Assembly: GCA_053919585.1 (NCBI GenBank)
Contig: CM132826.1
Origin: Euprymna scolopes
Lineage: Eukaryota
Strand: one strand, 5' to 3'
DNA length: 64,000 bases
Positions within the stretch are counted from its first letter, which is position 1, and each line of letters opens with the position of its first letter. Below the pieces are notes generated by a model. The model was not told the origin of the DNA, searched no databases, and was given only the letters and a program-made list of their open reading frames with translations. Both the position numbers and the translations under genes were made by a program. Of the stretch, positions 22,100 to 37,000 are shown one piece after another.

Positions 22100-25000
22100 A
22101 CGAATTTTAACTAGAAAAATCTATATATAAAAGATGAATTTTAACTGGAACATCTATATATCGTAATAAAAGATGAATTTTAACTGAAAAATCTATATAT
22201 CGTCATAAAAGATGAATTTTAACTGAAAAATCTATATATCGCAATAAAAGATGAATTTGAACTGAAAAATCTATATATCGTAATAAAAGATGAATTTTAA
22301 CTGGAAAAATCTATATATCGTAATAAAAGATGAATTTTAACTGAAAAATCTATATCTCGTAATAAAAGATGAATTTTAACTGAAATATCTATATATCGTA
22401 ACAAAAGATGAATTTTAACTGCAAAAATCTATATATCGTAATAAAAGATGAATTTTAACTGAAACATCTATATATCGTAATATAAGATTAATTTTAACTG
22501 GAAAAATCTATATATCATAATAAAAGATGAATTTAAACTGGAACATCTATATATTGTAATAAAAGATGAATTTTAACTGAAAAATCTATATATCGCAATA
22601 AAAGATGAATTTTAACTGAAAAATCTATATATCGTAATAAAAGATGAATTTTAACTGAAAAATCTATATATCGTAATAAAAGATGAATTTTAACTGAAAA
22701 ATCTATATATTGTAATAAAAGATGAAATTTAACTGAAAAATCTATATATCGCAATAAAAGATGAATTTAAACTGCAAAATCTATATATCGTAACAAAAGA
22801 TGCATTTTAACTGAAAAATCTATATATCGTAATAAAAGATAAATTTGAACTGAAATATCTATATATCGTAATAAAAGATGAATTTAAACTGGAAAAATCT
22901 ATATATCGTAATAAAAGATGAATTTTAACTCAAAAATCTATATATCGTAATAAAAGATGAATTTTAACTGGAAAAATCTATATATCATAATAAAAGATGA
23001 ATTTAAACTGGAACATCTATATATTGTAATAAAAGATGAATTTTAACTGAAAAATCTATATATCGCAATAACAGATGAATTTTAACTGAAAAATCTATAT
23101 ATCGTAATAAAAGATGAATGTTAACTGAAAAATCTATATATCGTAATAAAAGATGAATTTTAACTGAAAAATCTATATATCGTAATAAAAGATGAATTTT
23201 AACTGCAAAAATCTATATATCGTAAAAAAAGATGAATTTTAACTGAAACATCTATATATCGTAATAAAAGATGAATTTTAACTGGAAAAATCTATATATC
23301 GTAATAAAAGATGAATTTTAACTGAAAAATCTATATCTCGTAATAAAAGATGAATTTTAACTGCAAAAATCTATATATCGTAACAAAAGATGAATTTTAA
23401 CTGCAAAAATCTATATATCGTAATAAAAGATGAATTTTAACTGAAACATCTATATATCGTAATATAAGATTAATTTTAACTGCAAAAATCTATATATCAT
23501 AATAAAAGATGAATTTAAACTGGAACATCTATATATTGTAATAAAAGATTAAATTTAACTGAAAAATCTATATATCGCAATAAAAGATGAATTTTAACTG
23601 AAAAATCTATATATCGTAATAAAAGATGAATTTTAACTGAAAAATCTATATATCGTAATAAAAGATGAATTTTAACTGAAACATCTATACATTGTAATAA
23701 AAGATGAAATTTAACTGAAAAATCTATATATCGCAATAAAAGATGAATTTAAACTGCAAAATCTATATATCGTAACAAAAGATGCATTTTAACTGAAAAA
23801 TCTATATATCGTAATAAAAGATAAATTAGAACTGAAATATCTATACATCGTAATAAAAGATGAATTTTAACTGGAAAAATCTATATATCGTAATAAAAGA
23901 TGAATTTTAACTCAAAAATCTATATATCGTAATAAAAGATGAATTTTAACTGGAAAAATCTATATATCATAATAAAAGATGAATTTAAAATGGAACATCT
24001 ATATATTGTAATAAAAGATGAATTTTAACTGCAAAAATCTATATATCGCAATAAAAGATGAATTTTAACTGAAAAATCTATATATCGTAATAAAAGATGA
24101 ATGTTAACTGAAAAATCTATATATCGTAATAAAAGATGAATTTTAACTGAAAAATCTATATATCGTAATAAAAGATGAATTTTAACTGAAACATCTATAT
24201 ATCGTAATAAAAGATGAATTTTAACTGAAACATTTATATATCGTAATAAAAGATGAATTTTAACTGGAAAAATCTATATATCGTAATAAAAGATGAATTT
24301 TAACTGAAAAATCTATATATCGTAATAAAAGATGAATTTTAACTGGAAAAATCTATATATCATAATAAAAGATGAATTTAAACTGGAACATCTATATATT
24401 GTAATAAAAGATGAATTTTAACTGAAAAATCTATATATCGCAACAAAAAATGAATTTTAACTGAAAAATCTATATATCGTAATAAAAGATGAATTTTAAC
24501 TGAAAAATCTATATATCGTAATAAAAGATGAATTTTAACTGAAAAATCTATATATCGTAATAAAAGATAAATTTGAACTGAAATATCTATATATCGTAAT
24601 TAAAGATGAATTTTAACTGGAAAAATCTATATATCGTAATAAAAGATGAATTTTAACTCAAAAATCTATATATCGTAATAAAAGATGAATTTTAACTGGA
24701 AAAATCTATATATCATAATAAAAGATGAATTTAAAATGGAACATCTATATATTGTAATAAAAGATGAATTTTAACTGAAAAATCTATATATCGCAATAAA
24801 AGATGAATTTTAACTGGAAAATCTATATATCGTAATAAAAGATGAATGTTAACTGAAAAATCTATATATCGTAATAAAAGATGAATTTTAACTGAAAAAT
24901 CTATATATCGTAATAAAAGATGAATTTTAACTGCAAAAATCTATATATCGTAATAAAAGATGAATTTTAACTAAAACATCTATATATCGTAATAAAAGAT

Positions 25001-28000
25001 GAATTTTAACTGGAAAAATTTATATATCATAATAAAAGATGAATTTAAACTGGAACATCTATATATTGTAATAAAAGATGAAATTAAACTGAAAAATCTA
25101 TATATCGCAATAAAAGATGAATTTTAACTGAAAAATCTATATATCGTAATAAAAGATGAATTTTAACTGAAAAATCTATATATCATAATAAAAGATGAAT
25201 TTTAACTGAAAAATCTATATATCGTAATAAAAGATGAATTTTAACTGAAAAATCTATATATCGTAATAAAAGATGAATTTTTACTGGAAAAATCTATATA
25301 TCATAATAAAAGATGAATTTAAACTGGAACATCTATATATTGTAATAAAAGATGAATTTTAACTGAAAAATCTATATATCGCAACAAAAGATGAATTTTA
25401 ACTGAAAAATCTATATATCGTAATAAAAGATGAATTTTAACTGAAAAATCTATATATCGTAATAAAAGATGAATTTTAACTGAAAAATCTATATATCGTA
25501 ATAAAAGATGAATTTTAACTGAAAAATCTATATATCGTAATAAAAGATGAATTTTAACTGAAAAATCTATATATCGTAAAAAAGATGCATTTTAACTGGA
25601 AAAATCTATATATCATAATAAAAGATGAATTTAAACTGAGACATCTATATATTGTAATAAAAGATGAAATTTAACTGAAAAATCAATATATCGCAATAAA
25701 AGATGAATTTTTACTGAAAAATCAATATATCGCAATAAAAGATGAATTTTTACTGAAAAATCTATATATCGTAATAAAAGATTAATTTTAACTAGAAAAA
25801 TCTATATATCGTAATAAAAGTTGAAATTTAACTGGAAAAATCTATATATCGTAATAAAAGATAAATTTGAACTGAAATATCTATACATCGTAATAAAAGA
25901 TGAATTTTAACTGGAAAAATCTATATATCGTAATAAAAGATGAATTTTAACTCAAAAATCTATATATCGTAATAAAAGATGAATTTTAACTGGAAAAATC
26001 TACATATCATAATAAAAGATGAATTTAAAATGGAACATCTATATATTGTAATAAAAGATGAATTTTAACTGCAAAAATCTATATATCGCAATAAAAGATG
26101 AATTTTAACTGAAAAATCTATATATCGTAATAAAAGATGAATGTTAACTGAAAAATCTATATATCGTAATAAAAGATGAATTTTAACTGAAAAATCTATA
26201 TATCGTAATAAAAGATGAATTTTAACTGCAAAAATCTATATATCGTAATAAAAGATGAATTTTAACTGAAACATCTATATATCGTAATAAAAGATGAATT
26301 TTAACTGAAAAATCTATATATCGTAATAAAAGATGAATTTTAACTGAAAAATCTATATATCGTAATAAAAGATGAATTTTAACTGGAAAAATCTATATAT
26401 CATAATAAAAGATGAATTTAAACTGGAACATCTATATATTGTAATAAAAGATGAATTTTAACTGAAAAATCTATATATCGCAACAAAAAATGAATTTTAA
26501 CTGAAAAATCTATATATCGTAATAAAAGATGAATTTTAACTGAAAAATCTATATATCGTAATAAAAGATGAATTTTAACTGAAAAATCTATATATCGTAA
26601 TAAAAGATAAATTTGAACTGAAATATCTATATATCGTAATTAAAGATGAATTTTAACTGGAAAAATCTATATATCGTAATAAAAGATGAATTTTAACTCA
26701 AAAATCTATATATCGTAATAAAAGATGAATTTTAACTGGAAAAATCTATATATCATAATAAAAGATGAATTTAAAATGGAACATCTATATATTGTAATAA
26801 AAGATGAATTTTAACTGAAAAATCTATATATCGCAATAAAAGATGAATTTTAACTGGAAAATCTATATATCGTAATAAAAGATGAATGTTAACTGAAAAA
26901 TCTATATATCGTAATAAAAGATGAATTTTAACTGAAAAATCTATATATCGTAATAAAAGATGAATTTTAACTGCAAAAATCTATATATCGTAATAAAAGA
27001 TGAATTTTAACTGAAACATCTATATATCGTAATAAAAGATGAATTTTAACTGGAAAAATTTATATATCATAATAAAAGATGAATTTAAACTGGAACATCT
27101 ATATATTGTAATAAAAGATGAAATTAAACTGAAAAATCTATATATCGCAATAAAAGATGAATTTTAACTGAAAAATCTATATATCGTAATAAAAGATGAA
27201 TTTTAACTGAAAAATCTATATATCGTAATAAAAGATGAATTTTAACTGAAAAATCTATATATCGTAATAAAAGATGAATTTTAACTGAAAAATCTATATA
27301 TCGTAATAAAAGATGAATTTTTACTGGAAAAATCTATATATCATAATAAAAGATGAATTTAAACTGGAACATCTATATATTGTAATAAAAGATGAATTTT
27401 AACTGAAAAATCTATATATCGCAACAAAAGATGAATTTTAACTGAAAAATCTATATATCGTAATAAAAGATGAATTTTAACTGAAAAATCTATATATCGT
27501 AATAAAAGATGAATTTTAACTGAAAAATCTATATATCGTAATAAAAGATGAATTTTAACTGAAAAATCTATATATCGTAATAAAAGATGAATTTTAACTG
27601 AAAAATCTATATATCGTAAAAAAGATGCATTTTAACTGGAAAAATCTATATATCATAATAAAAGATGAATTTAAACTGAGACATCTATATATTGTAATAA
27701 AAGATGAAATTTAACTGAAAAATCAATATATCGCAATAAAAGATGAATTTTTACTGAAAAATCTATATATCGTAATAAAAGATGAATTTTAACTGAAAAA
27801 TCTATATATCGTAATTAAAGATGAATTTTAACTGAAAAATCTATATATCGTAATAAAAGATGAATTTTAACTGAAAAATCTATATATCGTAATAAAAGAT
27901 GAAATTTAACTGAAAAATCAATATATCGTAATAAAAGATGAATTTTAACTGAAAAATCTATATATCGTAATAAAAGATGAAATTTAACTGGAACAATCAA

Positions 28001-31000
28001 TATATCGTAATAAAAGATGAATTTTAACTGAAAAATCTATATATCGTAATAAAAGATGAATTTTAACTGGAAAAATCTATATATCATAATAAAAGATGAA
28101 TTTAAACTGGAACATCTATATATTGTAATAAAAGATGAATTTTAACTGAAAAATCTATATATCGCAACAAAAGATGAATTTTAACTGAAAAATCTATATA
28201 TCGTAATAAAAGATGAATTTTAACTGAAAAATCTATATATCGTAATAAAAGATGAATTTTAACTGAAAAATCTATATATCGTAATAAAAGATGAATTTTA
28301 ACTGAAAAATCTATATATCGTAATAAAAGATGAATTTTAACTGAAAAATCTATATATCGTAAAAAAGATTCATTTTAACTGGAAAAATCTATATATCATA
28401 ATAAAAGATGAATTTAAACTGAGACATCTATATATTGTAATAAAAGATGAAATTTAACTGAAAAATCAATATATCGCAATAAAAGATGAATTTTTACTGA
28501 AAAATCTATATATCGTAATAAAAGATGAATTTTAACTGAAAAATCTATATATCGTAATTAAAGATGAATTTTAACTGAAAAATCTATATATCGTAATAAA
28601 AGATGAATTTTAACTGAAAAATCTATATATCGTAATAAAAGATGAAATTTAACTGAAAAATCAATATATCGTAATAAAAGATGAATTTTAACTGAAAAAT
28701 CTATATATCGTAATAAAAGATGAAATTTAACTGGAACAATCAATATATCGTAATAAAAGATGAATTTTAACTGAAAACTCTATATATCGTAATAAAAGAT
28801 GAATTTTAACTGGAAAAATCTATATATTATAATAAAAGATGAATTTAAACTGGACCATCTATATATTGTAATAACAGATGAAATTTAACTGAAAAATCCA
28901 TATATCGAAATAAAAGATGAATTTTAACTAAAAAAACTATATATCGTAATAAAAGATGAATTTTAACTGGAAAAATCTATATATCGTAATAAAAAAAAGA
29001 ATTTTAACTGAAAAATCTATATATCGTAATAAAAGAGGCATTTTAACTGGAAAAATCTATATATCGTAATAAAAGATGAATTTAAACTGGAAAATCTATA
29101 TATCGTAAAAAAAGATGAATTTTAACTGGAAAAATCTATATATCGCAATAAAAGATGAATTTTAACTGAAAAATCTATATATCGTAATAAAAGATAAATT
29201 TTAACTGGAAAAATCTATATATCGTAATAAAAGATGAATTTTAACTGGAAAAATCTATATATCGTAATAAAAGATGAATTTAAACTGGAAAAATCTATAT
29301 ATCGTAATAAAAGATGAATTTTAACTGAAAAATCAATATATCGTAATAAAAGATGAATTTTAACTGCAAAAATCTATATATCATAATAAAAGATGAATTT
29401 AAACTGGAACATCAATATCGTAATAAAAGATGAATTTTAACTGGAAAAATCTATATATCGTAATAAAAGATGAATTTTAACTGCAAAAATCTATATATCG
29501 TAATAAAAGATTAATTTTAACTAAAAAATCGATATATCGTAATAAAAGATGAATTTTAACTGAAAAATCTATATATCGTAATAAAAGTTAAATTGTAACT
29601 GAAAAATCTATATATCGTAATAAAAGATGAATTTTAACTGAAAAATCTATATATCGTAATAAAAGATGAATTTTAACTGGAAAAATCTTTATATCGTAAT
29701 AAAAGATGAATTTTAACTGAAAAATCTATATATCGTAATAAAAGATGAATTTTAACTGGAAAAATCTATATATCGTAATAAAAGATTAATTTTAACTGAA
29801 AAATCAATATATCGTAATAAAAGATTAATTTTAACTGAAAATCTATATATCGTAATAAACGATTAATTTTTCCTGGAAAAATCTATATATCGCAATAAAA
29901 GATTAATTTTAACTGAAAAATCTATATATCGTAATAAAAGATGAATTTTAACTGGAAAAATCTATATATCGTAATACAAGATGAATTTTAACTGAAAAAT
30001 CTATATATCGTAATAAAAGATGAATTTTAACTGGAAAAATCTATATATCGTAATAAAAGATTAATTTTAACTGGAAAAATCTATATATCGTAATAAAAGA
30101 TGAATTTAACTGAAAACTCTATATACCGTAATAAAAGATGAATTTTTACTGGAACAATCTATATATCGTAATAAAAGATGAATTTTAACTGGAAAAATCT
30201 ATACATCGTAATAAAAGATGAATTTTAACTGAAAAATCTATATATCGTAATAAAAGTTAAAATTTAACTGGAAAAATCTATATATCGTAATAAACGATGA
30301 ATTTTCACTGGGAAAATCTATATATCGTAACAAAAGTTGAAATTTAACTGGAAAAATCTATATATCGTAAAAAAAGTTGAAATTTAACTGGAAAAATCTA
30401 TATATCGTAATAAAAGATTAATTTTAACTGGAAAAATCTATATATCGTAATAAAAGTTGCAATTTAACTGGAAAAATCTATATATCGTAATAAAAGATGA
30501 ATTTTAACTGGAAAAAACTATATATCGTAATAAAAGATGACTTTTAACTGGAAAAATCTATATATCGTAATAAAAGATGAATTTAAACTGGAAAAATCTA
30601 TATATCGTAATAAAAGTTGAAATTTAACTGGAAAAATCTATATATCGTTATAAAAGATTAATTTCTACTGGAAAAATCTATATATCGTAATAAATGTTGA
30701 AATTTAACTGGAAAAATCTATATATCGTAATAAAAGATGAATTTTAACTGGAAAAATCTATATATCGTAATAAAAGTTGAAATTTAACTGGAAAAATCTA
30801 TATATCGTAATGAAAGAGGAATTTTAATTGAAAAATCTATGTATCGTAATAAAAGATGAATTTTAACTGAAAAATCTATATATCGTAATAAAAGATAAAT
30901 TTTAACTGGAAAAATCTATATATCGCAATAAAAGATGAAATTTAACTGGGAAAATCTATATATCGTAATAAAAGATGAATTTTAACTGAAAAATCTATAT

Positions 31001-34000
31001 ATCGTAATAAAAGATTAATTTTAACTGAAAAATCTATATATCGTAATAAAAGATGAATTTAACTGAAAACTATATATACCGTAATAAAAGATGAATTTTA
31101 ACTGGAAAAATCTATATATCGTAATAAAAGTTGAAATTTAACTGGAAAATCTATATATCGTAATAAAAGATGAATTTTAACTGGAACAATCTATATATCG
31201 TAATAAAAGATTAATTTTCACTGGCAAAATCTATATATCGTAATAAAAGATGAATTTTAACTGAAAAATCTATATATCGTAATACAAGTTAAAATTTAAC
31301 TGGAAAAATCTATATATCGTAATAAACGATGAATTTTCACTGGGAAAATCTATATATCGTAATAAAAGTTGAAATTTAACTCGAAAAATCTATATATCGT
31401 AATAAAAGTTGAAATTTAACTGGAAAATCTATATATCGTAATAAAAGATTAATTTTAACTGGAAAAATCTATATATCGTAATAAAAGTTGAAATTTAACT
31501 GGAAAAATCTATATATCGTAATAAAAGATGAATTTTAACTGGAAAAATCTATATATCGTAATAAAAGATGACTTTTAATTGGAAAAATCTATATATCGTA
31601 ATAAAAGGTGAATTTTCACTGGAAAAATCTATATATCGTAATAAAAGTTGAAATTTATCTGGAAAAATCTATATATCGTTATAAAAGATGAATTTTAACT
31701 GGAAAAAACTATATATCGTAATAAATGTTGAAATTTAACTGGAAAAATCTATATATCGTAATAAAAGATGAATTTTAACTGGAAAAATCTATATATCGTA
31801 ATAAAAGTTGAAATTTAACTGGCAAAATCTATATATCGAAATAAAAGAGGAATTTTAACTGAAACATCTATGTATCGTAATAAAAGATGAATTTAAACTG
31901 AAAAATCTATATATCGTAATAAAAGATGAATTTTAACTGGAAAAATCTATATATCATAATAAAAGATGAATTTAAACTGGAACATCTATATATTGTAATA
32001 AAAGATGAAATTAAACTGAAAAATCTATATATCGCAATAAAAGATGAATTTTAACTGAAAAATCTATATATCGTAATAAAAGATGAATTTTAACTGAAAA
32101 ATCTATATATCGTAATAAAAGATGAATTTTAACTGAAAAATCTATATATCGTAATAAAAGATGAATTTTAACTGAAAAATCTATATATCGTAATAAAAGA
32201 TGAATTTTAACTGGAAAAATCTATATATCATAATAAAAGATGCATTTAAACTGGAACATCTATATATTGTAATAAAAGATGAATTTTAACTGAAAAATCT
32301 ATATATCGCAACAAAAGATGAATTTTAACTGAAAAATCTATATATCGTAATAAAAGATGAATTTTAACTGAAAAATCTATATATCGTAATAAAAGATGAA
32401 TTTAAACTGAGACATCTATATATTGTAATAAAAGATGAAATTTAACTGAAAAATCAATATATCGCAATAAAAGATGAATTTTTACTGAAAAATCTATATA
32501 TCGTAATAAAAGATGAATTTTAACTGAAAAATCTATATATCGTAATTAAAGATGAATTTTAACTGAAAAATCTATATATCGTAATAAAAGATAAATTTGA
32601 ACTGAAATATCTATATATCGTAATTAAAGATGAATTTTAACTGGAAAAATCTATATATCGTAATAAAAGATGAATTTTAACTCAAAAATCTATATATCGT
32701 AATAAAAGATGAATTTTAACTGGAAAAATCTATATATCATAATAAAAGATGAATTTAAAATGGAACATCTATATATTGTAATAAAAGATGAATTTTAACT
32801 GAAAAATCTATATATCGCAATAAAAGATGAATTTTAACTGAAAAATCTATATATCGTAATAAAAGATGAATGTTAACTGAAAAATCTATATATCGTAATA
32901 AAAGATGAATTTTAACTGAAAAATCTATATATCGTAATAAAAGATGAATTTTAACTGAAACATCTATATATCGTAATAAAAGATGAATTTTAACTGGAAA
33001 AATCTATATATCATAATAAAAGAGGAATTTAAACTGGAACATCTATATATTGTAATAAAAGATGAAATTAAACTGAAAAATCTATATATCGCAATAAAAG
33101 ATGAATTTTAACTGAAAAATCTATATATCGTAATAAAAGATGAATTTTAACTGAAAAATCTATATATCGTAATAAAAGATGAATTTTAACTGAAAAATCT
33201 ATATATCGTAATAAAAGATGAATTTCAACTGAAAAATCTATATATCGTAATAAAAGATGAATTTTAACTGGAAAAATCTATATATCATAATAAAAGATGA
33301 ATTTAAACTGGAACATCTATATATTGTAATAAAAGATGAATTTTAACTGAAAAATCTATATATCGCAACAAAAGATGAATTTTAACTGAAAAATCTATAT
33401 ATCGTAATAAAAGATGAATTTTAACTGAAAAATCTATATATCGTAATAAAAGATGAATTTTAACTGAAAAATCTATATATCGTAATAAAAGATGAATTTT
33501 AACTGAAAAATCTATATATCGTAATAAAAGATGAATTTTAACTGAAAAATCTATATATCGCAAAAAAGATGCATTTTAACTGGAAAAATCTATATATCAT
33601 AATAAAAGATGAATTTAAACTGTGACATCTATATATTGTAATAAAAGATGAAATTTAACTGAAAAATCAATATATCGCAATAAAAGATGAATTTTTACTG
33701 AAAAATCTATATATCGTAATAAAAGATGAATTTTAACTGACAAATCTATATATCGTAATTAAAGATGAATTTTAACTGAAAAATCTATATATCGTAATAA
33801 AAGATAAATTTGAACTGAAATATCTATATATCGTAATTAAAGATGAATTTTAACTGGAAAAATCTATATATCGTAATAAAAGATGAATTTTAACTCAAAA
33901 ATCTATATATCGTAATAAAAGATGCATTTTAACTGGAAAAATCTATATATCATAATAAAAGATGAATTTAAAATGGAACATCTATATATTGTAATAAAAT

Positions 34001-37000
34001 ATGAATTTTAACTGCAAAAATCTATATATCGTAATAAAAGATGAATTTTAACTGAAACATCTATATATCGTAATAAAAGATGAATTTTAACTGGAAAAAT
34101 CTATATATCATAATAAAAGATGAATTTAAACTGGAACATCTATATATTGTAATAAAAGATGAAATTAAACTGAAAAATCTATATATCGCAATAAAAGATG
34201 AATTTTAACTGAAAAATCTATATATCGTAATAAAAGATGAATTTTAACTGAAAAATCTATATATCGTAATAAAAGATGAATTTTAACTGAAAAATCTATA
34301 TATCGTAATAAAAGATGAATTTTAACTGAAAAATCTATATATCGTAATAAAAGATGAATTTTAACTGGAAAAATCTATATATCATAATAAAAGATGAATT
34401 TAAACTGGAACATCTATATATTGTAATAAAAGATGAATTTTAACTGAAAAATCTATATATCGCAACAAAAGATGAATTTTAACTGAAAAATCTATATATC
34501 GTAATAAAAGATGAATTTTAACTGAAAAATCTATATATCGTAATAAAAGATGAATTTTAACTGAAAAATCTATATATCGTAATAAAAGATGAATTTTTAC
34601 TGAAAAATCTATATATCGTAATAAAAGATGAATTTTAACTGAAAAATCTATATATCGTAAAAAAGATGCATTTTAACTGGAAAAATCGTTATATCATAAT
34701 AAAAGATGAATTTAAACTGAGACATCTATATATTGTAATAAAAGATGAAATTTAACTGAAAACTCAATATATCGCAATAAAAGATGAATTTTTACTGAAA
34801 AATCTATATATCGTAATAAAAGATGAATTTTAACTGAAAAATCTATATATCGTAATTAAAGATGAATTTTAACTGAAAAATCTATACATCGTAATAAAAG
34901 ATGAATTTTAACTGAAAAATCTATATATCGTAATAAAAGATGAAATTTAACTGAAAAATCAATATATCGTAATAAAAGATGAATTTTAACTGAAAAATCT
35001 ATATATCGTAATAAAAGATGAAATTTAACTGGAACAATCAATATATCGTAATAAAAGATGAATTTTAACTGAAAACTCTATATATCGTAATAAAAGATTA
35101 ATTTTAACTGGAAAAATCTATATATAATAATAAAAGATGAATTTAAACTGGACCATCTGTATATTGTAATAACAGATGAAATTTAACTGAAAAATCCATA
35201 TATCGAAATAAAAGATGAATTTTAACTGAAAAAACTATATATCGTAATAAAAGATGAATTTTAACTGGAAAAATCTATATATCGTAATAAAAAAAAGAAT
35301 TTTAACTGAAAAATCTATATATCGTAATAAAAGATGAATTTTAACTGGAAAAATCTATATATCGTAATAAAAGATGAATTTAAACTGGAAAATCTATATA
35401 TCGTAAAAAAAGATGAATTTTAACTGGAAAAATCTATATATCGCAATAAAAGATGAATTTTAACTGAAAAATCTATATATCGTAATAAAAGATAAATTTT
35501 AACTGGAAAAATCTATATATCGTAATAAAAGATGAATTTTAACTGGAAAAATCTATATATCGTAATAAAAGATGAATTTTAACTGAAAAATCTATATATC
35601 GTAATTAAAGATGAATTTTAACTGAAAAATCAATATATCGTAATAAAAGATGAATTTTAACTGGAAAAATCTATATATCATAATAAAAGATGAATTTAAA
35701 CTGGAACATCAATATCGTAATAAAAGATGAATTTTAACTGAAAAATCTATGTATTGTAATAAAAGATGAATTTTAACTTAAAAATCTATATATCGTAATA
35801 AAAGATTAATTTTAATTGGAAAAATCTATATATCGTAATAAAAGATGAATTTTAACAGCAAAAATCTATATATCGTAATAAAAGATTAATTTTAACTAAA
35901 AAATCGATATATCGTAATAAAAGATGAATTTTAACTGAAAAATCTATATATCGTAATAAAAGTTAAATTGTAACTGAAAAATCTATATATCGTAATAAAA
36001 GATGAATTTTAACTGAAAAATCTATATATCGTAATAAAAGATGAATTTTAACTGGAAAAATCTTTATATCGTAATAAAAGATGAATTTTAACTGAAAAAT
36101 CTATATATCGTAATAAAAGATGAATTTTAACTGGAAAAATCTATATATCGTAATAAAAGATTAATTTTTACTGAAAAATCAATATATCGTAATAAAAGAT
36201 TAATTTTAACTGAAAATCTATATATCGTAATAAACGATGAATTTTTACTGGAAAAATCTATATATCGCAATAAAAGATCAATTTTAACTGAAAAATCTAT
36301 ATATCGTAATAAAAGATGAATTTTAACTGGAAAAATCTATATATCGTAATACAAGATGAATTTTAACTGAAAAATCTATATATCGTAATAAAAGATGAAT
36401 TTTAACTGGAAAAATCTATATATCGTAATAAAAGATTAATTTTAACTGGAAAAATCTATATATCGTAATAAAAGATGAATTTAACTGAAAACTCTATATA
36501 CCGTAATAAAAGATGAATTTTTACTGGAACAATCTATATATCGTAATAAAAGATGAATTTTAACTGGAAAAATCTATATATCGTAATAAAAGATGAATTT
36601 TAACTGAAAAATCTATATATCGTAATAAAAGTTAAAATTTAACTGGAAAAATCTATATATCGTAATAAACGATGAATTTTCACTGGGAAAATCTATATAT
36701 CGTAACAAAAGTTGAAATTTAACTGGAAAAATCTATATATCGTAATAAAAGTTGAAATTTAACTGGAATAATCTATATATCGTAATAAAAGATTAATTTT
36801 AACTGGAAAAATCTATATATCGTAATAAAAGTTGCAATTTAACTGGAAAAATCTATATATCGTAATAAAAGATGAATTTTAACTGGAAAAAACTATATAT
36901 CGTAATAAAAGATGACTTTTAACTGGAAAAATCTATATATCGTAATAAAAGATGAATTTAAACTGGAAAAATCTATATATCGTAATAAAAGTTGAAATTT

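Noticed and set aside
22533-35041. Minus-strand ORFs repeating LLLRYIDFSVKIH
   Set aside because: Runs of 39-bp (13-codon) monomers; each 40-mer breaks the frame and there are no real ATG starts
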